Positions 43,539 to 51,900 of a stretch of 57,538 nt of DNA are shown here, piece after piece. A model generated the notes under the pieces. It was not told the origin of the DNA, did not search any database, and was given only the letters and a program-made list of their open reading frames with translations. The stretch comes from Chlamydiota bacterium (GTDB taxonomy: Bacteria; Chlamydiota; Chlamydiia; Chlamydiales; SM23-39), in contig JASFVE010000001.1 of the NCBI GenBank assembly GCA_050049995.1, positions 1 to 57,538 on the forward strand. Reading direction: 5' to 3'. Both the position numbers and the translations under genes were made by a program. How positions within the stretch are numbered: the stretch's first letter is position 1; every line of letters starts with the position of its first letter.

Positions 43539-44528
43539 TTAGCCTTTGAGCAAGTGGGATACCATATCTCTTTCTTCTTTAAGCTCTTTTTCTGTCAGCT
43601 TAATTTTTTCTTCTATAAATGAATTGATTTTCACATCTTTTACAATAGAAATTTTACCACTTTCACTTGTGATGCACGGAAAAGAAAAGATAAGGTCAGG
43701 ATCAATATGGTAAGGATTATCTTTGCTGTGAAGTGCCAGAGAATACCAGTCTCCAAAAATTGTCGGGTTAATCATTGACTGAATGCTATCAATAATTGCT
43801 GAGGCGGCTGAGGCGGCTGAAGATTTACCTCGGGCTTTTATAATTTCTGCGCCTCTTTTTTGTATTTTTTGTAGGAATTCCGTTTCTAGCCAAGCTCTGT
43901 CTTTAATAACATCCTCAGCAGGAATATTACCAATTTTTGCATGAAAAAAATCAGGGACCTGAGTAGAGCTGTGATTACCCCAAATTGTTACATTAGATAC
44001 TTCTTTGCTAGTCTTCCCTGCTTTTTGAGCTAACTGAAATTTAGCCCTATTTTCATCTAATTTAGTCATGGCAAAAAATTGTTTTTTAGAAAGGTCTGGC
44101 GCATTGTGCATAGCAATAAGGCAATTAGTATTACAAGGATTACCAACAACAAATACCTGCACAGATCTTTTGGCTACTTTGTTTAAAGCTCTTCCCTGCT
44201 CCACGAAAATTTTACCGTTTTCAGAAAGAAGATCTTTTCTTTCCATATTAGGGCCTCGAGGCTTCGCTCCTACTAAAATTGCCCAGTCAATATCTTCAAA
44301 GGCAATCATAGGATCTGAGCTGATTTTAACCTCTTGCAAGAGATTAAAGCAGCAGTCATTTAGTTCCATGACGACTCCTTTAAGAGCATCTAGAGCTTCA
44401 GGAATTTCTAAAATGTACAAAGACACCGGCTGATTTTTACCGAACAAGTCCCCATTTGCTATTCGAAATAATAATGCGTATGTAATGTGACCTGCGCCAC
44501 CGGTAATGGCTACCTTTTTAATATTCAT
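43539..44528 (-). CDS. mdh: malate dehydrogenase (NAD, LDH-like family 2)
   Basis: 329 aa: [39 protein letters not shown]. Confidence 0.92.
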   Translation of the reverse strand: MNIKKVAITGGAGHITYALLFRIANGDLFGKNQPVSLYILEIPEALDALKGVVMELNDCCFNLLQEVKISSDPMIAFEDIDWAILVGAKPRGPNMERKDLLSENGKIFVEQGRALNKVAKRSVQVFVVGNPCNTNCLIAMHNAPDLSKKQFFAMTKLDENRAKFQLAQKAGKTSKEVSNVTIWGNHSSTQVPDFFHAKIGNIPAEDVIKDRAWLETEFLQKIQKRGAEIIKARGKSSAASAASAIIDSIQSMINPTIFGDWYSLALHSKDNPYHIDPDLIFSFPCITSESGKISIVKDVKINSFIEEKIKLTEKELKEERDMVSHLLKG

Positions 44529-44594
44529 AAAAAACCTTTCCTTACAGAAAGTTAAAAATAGAATAAAAAGGTAAATTTGTCTAAAAAAGTTTTT

Positions 44595-45725
44595 CTACAA
44601 AATATCTTGCAAAATTTTCTCACGCATCGTCTGCATGTATCTGACCATAAAGCGGAGGTTATGGATAGAGGCTAGACTAAGTCCTGTCATTTCTTTAGCT
44701 TTAAATAAATGATGAAGGTAGGCCCTTGAAAAATTTTTACAAGTAAAGCAATCGCAACTTTCACAGATGGGTTTAAACTCTTGCTTATGCTTGGATCTGG
44801 TTATTTTAATATTTTCTTTTTCTGTTAAAAGAAGAGCATGTCTTGCAGCTCTTGTTGGATAAGAACTGTCAAATGTATCAATTCCTAAAGGTATGCAGTT
44901 ATTCAACGACTCTAAGTCAGCAATTCCAAGTAGATGGTTTGGCTTTTCTTTAGGAATAAATGGCATGGTAAACTGTAGCATAGAAAACATTTGCTCTTTG
45001 GTCTTACCAAAACTACCTCCTATGGCAAAGCCATTAAAGTCTAGCGCCGTTAAATATTCACAGCTTTTTTTTCTTAAGTCAAAGTCAACTCCGCCATGGA
45101 TAACGGCATACATAGCCTGACCTTGAGGATTTTTCAAGTGAGTCTCTAAAGATCTTTTTTCCCAACGGTGGGTACGATCTAAAGAGTATTGCAGCTCTTT
45201 CATGCCAATATGATAAGGAGGTAATTCATCAAAAGGAATAATAATATCGGCACCTAGATCTTTTTGCGTTTGAACAGAACTTTCTGGAGTTAAAAGAATC
45301 TTGCTTCCATCTCTATAAGATCTAAATAGAACGCCATCGTCATTTATTTTTAAAACCATCTTCTCTGTTTTTTTGATCCCTTTACTTTTAAGCTCATCGG
45401 CAACGGATCCATACGCTAGAGAAAAAACTTGAAAACCACCTGAGTCAGTAATAATCGGCATGTCACGCTGAATAAATGAGTGAAGGCCACCTGCTTTTTT
45501 TATTGTCTCAGGGCCAGGTTGCAAAAGTAAGTGGTAAGTATTACAAAACATTAACTGAAGGCCAATAGAAGAGACCTGTTTATTGTCTAATGACTTTAAA
45601 GTACCATTTGTTCCGACAGCTACAAAGCCGGGAGTGTCAATGATGCCATGTGGAGTATAAATTCTCCCCACTCTTGCATTAGATTTTTTTGACTGATGAA
45701 TGATTTCAAAGTTAAAGGGATGCAT
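44595..45725 (-). CDS. tgt: tRNA-guanine transglycosylase with atypical substrate-pocket residues
   Basis: 376 aa with TDSGGFQV, FDSSYPTR, and Zn site CESCDCFTC...H. It has FDEL instead of FDEC, and AIGGSFGKT where E. coli has AVGGLAVGE. Confidence 0.92.
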   Translation of the reverse strand: MHPFNFEIIHQSKKSNARVGRIYTPHGIIDTPGFVAVGTNGTLKSLDNKQVSSIGLQLMFCNTYHLLLQPGPETIKKAGGLHSFIQRDMPIITDSGGFQVFSLAYGSVADELKSKGIKKTEKMVLKINDDGVLFRSYRDGSKILLTPESSVQTQKDLGADIIIPFDELPPYHIGMKELQYSLDRTHRWEKRSLETHLKNPQGQAMYAVIHGGVDFDLRKKSCEYLTALDFNGFAIGGSFGKTKEQMFSMLQFTMPFIPKEKPNHLLGIADLESLNNCIPLGIDTFDSSYPTRAARHALLLTEKENIKITRSKHKQEFKPICESCDCFTCKNFSRAYLHHLFKAKEMTGLSLASIHNLRFMVRYMQTMREKILQDIL

Positions 45726-46386
45726 AGTCTTTTACCAATTTTTTAGAAAGTATAGAAAAGGGGCTTGTCATAGCAGAGATAAGTAATTTTATAAGATAGC
45801 TCATTACAATAATCGGAACAATATCATGGACATATCCATAAAGTCCTAAAAAGGAAAAAAGGACAGTATCAAAAAGCTGAGAGATGCCTAAAGAAGCAAA
45901 CATTCTTGAGGATAAAAAACGACCTTTTGTTTTCTTCTTTAAAAAACTAAAAAGCCATAAGTCAAATTTTTGCACGACTAAAAAAGAAATTAAGGACGCT
46001 GTAGCAATTCTAAAAGTAGGACTTAAAATAGTTTGGTATGATCTATGGGTAGCATCAAATTCATTAGGCGCATACCAAAGGTGAATTTGTGAAAATAGCA
46101 TAAATCCTAAAACAAAGATAAAACCATACCAAATGGTTTTTTTAGCTAAAGCACTTTCAAAATATTCTCGTATTAAGTTGATACTTAAAAAAGCGCCTAT
46201 AGCAAAAACATCGCTTGCAGTTACATTCAAAGAAAAAAGAGTGATTTGCTTTAGCACAAAAAAATTAGCAAAAAGCACCTGAGTCACATAAAACATCACC
46301 AACGTAAGTTTCCCTAATCGAAGCGCTAAGATAAGAAAACTTACATCGAAAAGAATATGAACCAGGAAAATCCACTCATTCTTCAT
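45712..46386 (-). CDS. yhhQ: queuosine precursor transporter (YhhQ/VUT family)
   Basis: 224 aa, 6 TM. Layout and motifs (SQ.FDT..F) are typical of YhhQ. It overlaps tgt by 14 nt. Confidence 0.8.
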   Translation of the reverse strand: MKNEWIFLVHILFDVSFLILALRLGKLTLVMFYVTQVLFANFFVLKQITLFSLNVTASDVFAIGAFLSINLIREYFESALAKKTIWYGFIFVLGFMLFSQIHLWYAPNEFDATHRSYQTILSPTFRIATASLISFLVVQKFDLWLFSFLKKKTKGRFLSSRMFASLGISQLFDTVLFSFLGLYGYVHDIVPIIVMSYLIKLLISAMTSPFSILSKKLVKDYASL

Positions 46387-46789
46387 GAAAAACCCTTTCT
46401 AATGGAAAGTAGCTGCCATCTTTAGCGCCTACATGCATATGGCCATATGAAATTCCATCGATGACAATTTCATAATCACCATCTACGATTTGAGGAAGAG
46501 CCTTGCCTTTTTGAAATACAAAGCGTCCTTCTCTGGGTCCTAATGCAGGAAGAGACGCACTATTAGGGTCTAATATTAGGTCCATGGCAATAACTCCTGG
46601 CATTCCCTCTTGAGGAAGAGAAACCCTTAAGTCTGAAATGACTAACTGCCCCATAGATGGCTGTTCTTTTTCTGTTATTACCGTAAAAGCAAAAGAGTCC
46701 TTGTTATCTTGAAAGTTAACATCATAGTCTTTCCATTGGCAAAAGGCCGCACTAGACAAAAGTAAACTGAATAATATTTTTCTCATCAC
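46376..46789 (-). CDS. small secreted protein, paralog 2 of tandem pair
   Basis: 137 aa with a signal peptide ending SSAAFCQWK. About 63 percent identical (my hand alignment, 82/131) to the upstream ORF. Confidence 0.7.
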   Translation of the reverse strand: MMRKILFSLLLSSAAFCQWKDYDVNFQDNKDSFAFTVITEKEQPSMGQLVISDLRVSLPQEGMPGVIAMDLILDPNSASLPALGPREGRFVFQKGKALPQIVDGDYEIVIDGISYGHMHVGAKDGSYFPLERVFHEE

Positions 46790-46800
46790 TTACCTTTTTT

Positions 46801-47196
46801 TTAATTTTTTAAAGGGAAAAAGCTACTATTGTGAGCATCCACTTGTATATGCCCATAGTCTACCCCATCAATTATAATTTCATACTCACCATTTATAATT
46901 TCAGGAAGGGCTTTTCCTTTCTGAAATGTAAAACACCCATCTCTAGGACCTAGCACAGGTCGTGTCAGGCTGTCAGGGTCTAATGATAGATCCATGGCAA
47001 TTGCTCCTAAAGCCCCCTCTTGAGGACGGGTAATTTTAAGGTTTGAGATCACTAAACTTCCCATAGAGGGCTGATCTTTCTCTGTTATAACACAAAGAGA
47101 AAAAGTATTTTTGTTATCTTGCAAGTGAACGTCATAGTTCTTCCACTGACAAAAAGCAGCGCTTGTAAAAAGTAAACAGCTTAGTAGCTTTTTCAT
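46801..47196 (-). CDS. small secreted protein, paralog 1 of tandem pair
   Basis: 131 aa with a signal peptide ending TSAAFCQWK. The start overlaps the peptidase stop by 4 nt. Confidence 0.7.
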   Translation of the reverse strand: MKKLLSCLLFTSAAFCQWKNYDVHLQDNKNTFSLCVITEKDQPSMGSLVISNLKITRPQEGALGAIAMDLSLDPDSLTRPVLGPRDGCFTFQKGKALPEIINGEYEIIIDGVDYGHIQVDAHNSSFFPLKN

Positions 47197-49139
47197 TTTT
47201 CACTCTGCAAGTTTTCAATTTTTATAGGAGATATATTCTCACTTAAAGGGAAGTGAAAAATTTTTGCATAAAAATAATATTCTGCCTCAATGGCTCGTTT
47301 AATATTTTCACTTTTCCTAAAACCATGCTGTTCCCCTTCAAACAATACATAAGCTGTCGGTATATTTTTCTCTTTCAAAGCTTCAAACATTGCTTCTGAT
47401 TGGTTGGGAGGGACCACTTTATCTTCATCACCTTGTAAGAGAATAACCGGACAAGACAGTCTTTCTACAAAATTAATAGGAGATCTTTCAAAATATTTTT
47501 GCTTTTCTTGAGGGTATGGCCCAACGATTGAATCTAAATATCGAGCTTCGAATTTATGGGTATCTTTAGCTAAAAGCTCCAAGTCACTCACTCCGTAATA
47601 ACTAGCTCCAGCTGAGAATACATCGGTAAAAGTCAAGCAAGCTAAAGTAGTATAACCACCCGCACTCCCCCCTCGTATAGCCACTCTTTTAGGGTCTATG
47701 AGCTTTTGTTCAGATAAATACTGTACAACATTTACACAGTCATTAACATCTTCTATGCCCCAGTTTCCTTTTAAACGCTCTCTATAAGCCCTACCAAAGC
47801 CAGTTGATCCACCATAGTTTACATCAACAAAAGCAAAACCTCTCGATGTCCAGTACTGGATTTGATAGCTTAAGGAGTTGGTAGAATAGTCGGTAGGACC
47901 CCCGTGACATTTAACAATTAAAGGAGGTAGCTCATCTGCTAGCTTTTGGAAATCTTTATTTTTAGGAGGATAGAAAAAAGCATATGAAGTTTTTCCATTG
48001 GAAGGGAAAGATAAAAATTCCCCTTTGGAAATGTACCCTTCCTCTATCTCATTTTCTTGAGCTTTTTTAATGACATGTAAAGAGCTATTCTGCAAATCAT
48101 AGGCAATAACTGAACTAGGCTCTGTAGGAGATGCTCCGATAAATGCTAGTATATTTCCATCTACCTGAATAAAATTATAAGAGGTGTAAGGAGTATTTAA
48201 CTCAAAGAAATCTTTTTTACTAATGGTGTATATCCCTAAGCGCTGTTTTCCTTTTTCAAAAAAAGAACAAACAAGCCGGTCTTCATCAATAAAGTCATAT
48301 GTAGAATACCCAAAAATCCATTGAGGCATGCCAAATTCAGCCTCTTTTTCCCAAAGAGAATCTATTTTACCTTCTTTATAACGGTAAAGATTCCACCATC
48401 CAGTACTATCTGAAATAAAATACAGATAACCATCTTTTGACCATTTAGGTTGGAAAACTGAAACCTGTTCATCTCCTGCAATAACTTTTACCTCGCCTGT
48501 ATCCACTGACTGCAGGCAAAGCATCGTTGCATCCCATGGCATATTAGGATGATCCCAAGAAAGGTAGGACAAAAACTTGCCGTCAGGGCTTATAGTAGGG
48601 TTTGAGTAAAAATCATGACCTTCAGCTACGATCGTTTCTTTCCTTGAGGAGATCTCAATTTTGACAATAGTATTTATGACATTTTTTTCATCAGTATGAT
48701 CTTCTCTAACGGCATAAAGGAAATGGGTATTCGCATCATAAAAAAGATCGGCATAACGAAAATCATTAGAGGTAATTTGAATAACGTTATCACCTTTTAT
48801 CTGATAAATGTTTTGATCTTTATCATTAATAAAAAACAGCAAATCACCCTGTAGGAAAAAGGAAACACCACCATATTCATGAACCCTCGTCCTTGCATTA
48901 TAAGATTGTGGCAAAATCTCTTTAGAAGCCCCATCTAATGTATAAGAAAAAATAGTTGTTCTTCCTTTTTCAAAGGGACGCTGTTCTGAGAAATATATCT
49001 TTCCATCTCCTGCTTGGATGCCAGAGAACCGAACCGCTTTAGATGCTATCATCTCACTTGTAACGGGAGACTTCCATGAACCTGAGGGAGCGTAATCAAA
49101 CATATAAGTACCTTTTTTAGAAGAAAGAGAATAAATCAT
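47193..49139 (-). CDS. S9 family serine peptidase (prolyl oligopeptidase / acylaminoacyl-peptidase type), no signal peptide
   Basis: 648 aa with an N-terminal beta-propeller region and a C-terminal alpha/beta hydrolase carrying GGSAGGY, QGDEDKVVP and EGEQHGF (Ser/Asp/His). Confidence 0.88.
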   Translation of the reverse strand: MIYSLSSKKGTYMFDYAPSGSWKSPVTSEMIASKAVRFSGIQAGDGKIYFSEQRPFEKGRTTIFSYTLDGASKEILPQSYNARTRVHEYGGVSFFLQGDLLFFINDKDQNIYQIKGDNVIQITSNDFRYADLFYDANTHFLYAVREDHTDEKNVINTIVKIEISSRKETIVAEGHDFYSNPTISPDGKFLSYLSWDHPNMPWDATMLCLQSVDTGEVKVIAGDEQVSVFQPKWSKDGYLYFISDSTGWWNLYRYKEGKIDSLWEKEAEFGMPQWIFGYSTYDFIDEDRLVCSFFEKGKQRLGIYTISKKDFFELNTPYTSYNFIQVDGNILAFIGASPTEPSSVIAYDLQNSSLHVIKKAQENEIEEGYISKGEFLSFPSNGKTSYAFFYPPKNKDFQKLADELPPLIVKCHGGPTDYSTNSLSYQIQYWTSRGFAFVDVNYGGSTGFGRAYRERLKGNWGIEDVNDCVNVVQYLSEQKLIDPKRVAIRGGSAGGYTTLACLTFTDVFSAGASYYGVSDLELLAKDTHKFEARYLDSIVGPYPQEKQKYFERSPINFVERLSCPVILLQGDEDKVVPPNQSEAMFEALKEKNIPTAYVLFEGEQHGFRKSENIKRAIEAEYYFYAKIFHFPLSENISPIKIENLQSEK

Positions 49140-49326
49140 TCTTAGAAAAAATTCGATTATAAAAATGAATTACCTTATTAAAATGTTAAAATAAAAATTT
49201 CACCAAAAATAAAAATTTTTAAATACATAAATTTAATAATTAAATAAAAAAATTAAATAAAATTTTATTTTTGATTGATTATATAATCGAACTTCCTTTA
49301 ATCTATTAAAAAAATTTGAGGAATTC

Positions 49327-50268
49327 ATGTCTGTTCTTGTTGTTATTATGATGTATGGTATCTGGTCGAGCGTTTTTTCTATTGGAAAATGGACACTGGA
49401 ATATGCTCCTCCTCTATTTTTGACAGCTTCTAGAATGATCTTAGCAGGTGGTCTCCTATTAAGCTTTTTGCTACTTTTTAGAAGAAAAGCACTTTCTCTT
49501 TCTTTTAAGCAGATTGTCTCTTTATTAGTTTTAGCTGTATTCAGCATTTATTTAACAAATGCCTTTGAATTTTGGGGACTACAACACTTAAGCGCAGCTA
49601 AAACATGTTTTATTTATAGCCTATCTCCTTTCTTTGCGGCCTTTTTCTCTTATTTACATTTTGGGGAGAAAATGACAGGTAAGAAATGGATTGGTCTTGG
49701 CATTGGATTTTTAGGCTTTTTACCTGTCCTTGCTACACAAAGTGGCTCAGAGGATCTTTTTAATGCGGTAAGTTTTCTATCTTGGCCAGAGCTAGCCATC
49801 ATGGGAGCTGCCCTTTGTTCTGTATATGGCTGGGTCTTACTCAGACTTTTAGTAAAAGATCACGAGGTTTCCCCATTAACAGCTAATGGAATAGGAATGC
49901 TATTTGGAGGAGGATTAGCTCTTCTTCACTCCTATTTAGTAGAAAGCTGGAACCCAACACCTATTGCAGCGGGTCATTTTGCTCCTTTTATGGGAGGCAC
50001 TCTTCTAATGACCTTTATATCGAACATTCTTTGCTACAATCTGTATGGTATGATGCTAAAAAAATATACAGCTACTTTCTTATCATTTGTAGGACTTTTA
50101 AGCCCTATTTTTGCTTCTTTAAATAGTTGGCTTGTTTTAGGAGAAAAACCTTCTTGGATTATCTTCTTATCTACAAGTGTTGTCGGGCTAGGTCTATGGC
50201 TTGTTTACCAAGCTGAGCTAAAGCAAGGCTATATTGTCCAGCAAGAAAAAGAAGTTCAGGCTAATTAA
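49327..50268 (+). CDS. EamA/DMT-superfamily transporter
   Basis: 313 aa, 10 TM in two EamA-like halves. GAGGA Shine-Dalgarno 5 nt upstream. Confidence 0.8.
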   Translation: MSVLVVIMMYGIWSSVFSIGKWTLEYAPPLFLTASRMILAGGLLLSFLLLFRRKALSLSFKQIVSLLVLAVFSIYLTNAFEFWGLQHLSAAKTCFIYSLSPFFAAFFSYLHFGEKMTGKKWIGLGIGFLGFLPVLATQSGSEDLFNAVSFLSWPELAIMGAALCSVYGWVLLRLLVKDHEVSPLTANGIGMLFGGGLALLHSYLVESWNPTPIAAGHFAPFMGGTLLMTFISNILCYNLYGMMLKKYTATFLSFVGLLSPIFASLNSWLVLGEKPSWIIFLSTSVVGLGLWLVYQAELKQGYIVQQEKEVQAN

Positions 50269-50737
50269 GATAGACAATAGTCCAATTTAAAATTGCAGCA
50301 AAGCAAACCCATCCTAAATAAGGCAAAAGAAAATACGCTCCGGCAGTTATTTTTTGAGCAACCGCAAAGGTTGCTCCAATAAGGACAGTAAGTATGCTTA
50401 CATCTAAAGCCCCTAGCAAAGGGCTTTGAAAATAGAAAAATGCGAATGACCATACTGTGTTCACTATGAGCTGCAGGGTCCATAAAGTTAAAGCTATCGA
50501 TCGGTATTTAGATTCTTTCCCTTTAAAAATAAAAAAACCAGACAAAGCAATACAAATAAATAGAAGAGTCCACACAGGGGTAAAAACCCACCCAGGAGGA
50601 GTCCAGCTTGGCGTATTTAACATTCTGTACCAAATCTCAACATGTGAGCTCGTAGCCAAGGAACCTAATAGTTGAGCAAAAAAAACAAGTAAGAAAAAAA
50701 ATAAAAGAGTCAAAAAAGTAACAATATTTTTTTTCAT
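50261..50737 (-). CDS. tspO: TspO/MBR family tryptophan-rich sensory protein
   Basis: 158 aa, 5 TM: PSWTPPGWVFTPVWTLLF and Trp-rich TMs. Confidence 0.85.
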   Translation of the reverse strand: MKKNIVTFLTLLFFFLLVFFAQLLGSLATSSHVEIWYRMLNTPSWTPPGWVFTPVWTLLFICIALSGFFIFKGKESKYRSIALTLWTLQLIVNTVWSFAFFYFQSPLLGALDVSILTVLIGATFAVAQKITAGAYFLLPYLGWVCFAAILNWTIVYLN

Positions 50738-50794
50738 ACGTCTTACCTAGTAAATGGACATTACTTATAAATAAGTTGTCCTCTATTCATAATT

Positions 50795-51010
50795 TTACTT
50801 CTTTTTAGAAGAAGGCTGGTTAAATAAAATGGCAATTACATAAATACCAGCAATACCTGCTAAGGTATAAATAATTCTAGTAAACCAGCTCATATATCCA
50901 AATAGGGCCGCTATTAAATCAAACCTGAATATACCAATAAGCCCCCAATTCAATCCTCCGATAATTAGCAAGATAACTGCAATCCAATCAAGACCTGTCA
51001 TTTTTTTCAT
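50795..51010 (-). CDS. DUF378 family small membrane protein
   Basis: 71 aa: LDWIAVILLIIGGLNWGLIGIF.FDLIAALFG.....RIIY.L.GI.G.Y matches my recollection of the DUF378 consensus. Confidence 0.8.
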   Translation of the reverse strand: MKKMTGLDWIAVILLIIGGLNWGLIGIFRFDLIAALFGYMSWFTRIIYTLAGIAGIYVIAILFNQPSSKKK

Positions 51011-51021
51011 ACTCCCCCCCC
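51001..51021 (-). repeat. homopolymer pair at a translation start: G8 in the RBS region and A7 in codons 2-3 (minus strand)
   Basis: The plus strand has T7 (51001-51007) and C8 (51014-51021). On the minus strand this reads GGGGGGGGAGTATGAAAAAAATG for the DUF378 gene start at 51010. Confidence 0.9.
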
Positions 51022-51086
51022 ATTAATTAGCTTCCTCTTATTCTTATACATAATATAAAAAATATTTAATTTTCAATAAATAATTA

Positions 51087-51539
51087 TTAATATTTAAAGG
51101 TAATTAATTTAATTAATATAACTACCGAAACAAAAGATCTTAAAGACCATAAAATAGTTCTAATCCAATTTGTGGTGATAAGGGTGTTAATAATCTCTTC
51201 TTTATGACCAAGCTTTAAGCGAAGATGCTTAGGAACCTGCAGGCCAAAAGTGCTAAGCCAGATCAAAGCCAGTAAAATAAGCCCGCTTAATGCCATAAAG
51301 TACAAAAGAGACCCTTTTGTAAAGGAAAAGGCCAAGAAAAACACACAAAAAGCTTCGCCTATCATGAGAGGCACTACAACATAAGAAGTTTTTCTCATGT
51401 GTTGCTGGTGATACCTGATGAAATTGTCAGCTGAAATACATTTAAACAAAGGATAATGGACAATTTGGACAAACCAAATCAAACCCGTCAAAAAACAGGT
51501 AACAACGACTTGAGTGATAGCAACGATAGATATAATCAT
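51087..51539 (-). CDS. 4-TM membrane protein (possibly DUF1772/anthrone-oxygenase-like; family uncertain)
   Basis: I prefer the ATG at 51539 (MIISIVAITQ...). The 12 extra codons in the track ORF are encoded by a terminator hairpin. It contains the motif FVQIVHYPLF. Confidence 0.65.
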   Translation of the reverse strand: MIISIVAITQVVVTCFLTGLIWFVQIVHYPLFKCISADNFIRYHQQHMRKTSYVVVPLMIGEAFCVFFLAFSFTKGSLLYFMALSGLILLALIWLSTFGLQVPKHLRLKLGHKEEIINTLITTNWIRTILWSLRSFVSVVILIKLITFKY

Positions 51540-51542
51540 GAG

Positions 51543-51569
51543 AAAAAAGCCCCGGCATAGATACCGGGG
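51543..51569 (-). terminator. rho-independent terminator after the 70-aa DUF378 gene
   Basis: Minus strand: CCCCGG TATCTATG CCGGGG C TTTTTT. It starts 8 nt after the stop at 51577. Confidence 0.65.
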
Positions 51570-51576
51570 ATACAAA

Positions 51577-51789
51577 TTACTTACGCTTTGACTTTACTTT
51601 CATCATCACAAAGCAAGCATATAGACCAGCCAATCCAAAAATGAAATAGATAAATCTAATAAAGCCACTTTGGCAGCCACAAAGTCCTGAAACAAAGTCA
51701 TAATTAAATAAGCTCACTGAGCCCCAATTCAAACCACTGATAATCAAAATTACCAAGGCAATGGAATTGATAATCCTCTTGTCGTGCAT
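51577..51789 (-). CDS. DUF378 family small membrane protein (second copy)
   Basis: 70 aa: INSIALVILIISGLNWGSVSLFNYDFVSGLCG......FIYFIFGLAGLY. It is a paralog of 50795..51010. Confidence 0.8.
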   Translation of the reverse strand: MHDKRIINSIALVILIISGLNWGSVSLFNYDFVSGLCGCQSGFIRFIYFIFGLAGLYACFVMMKVKSKRK

Positions 51790-51900
51790 GTATATACCTC
51801 TTCTCTTGAGTTCACCTTTTAATTCTCATATAGAAGTATTTCAGGAATTTGTAAAATATTTTTTTTATTTTTTAAAAAAATTTAAAAAACTCTTAAGCGA

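Noticed and set aside
44068-44433. 121-aa plus-strand ORF inside mdh. Similar nested ORFs occur in pnp (17289..17474, 17892..18212), glgB (35478..35829), ftsH (21935..22141, 23201..23431), hflX, ligA and others
   Set aside because: All lie antisense or out of frame within CDSs that have strong family motifs. I treat them as spurious.
49233-49547. 104-aa minus-strand ORF across the peptidase/EamA intergenic region
   Set aside because: Half of it lies in the near-pure AT promoter region and half is antisense to the EamA N-terminus. There is no homology or Shine-Dalgarno.
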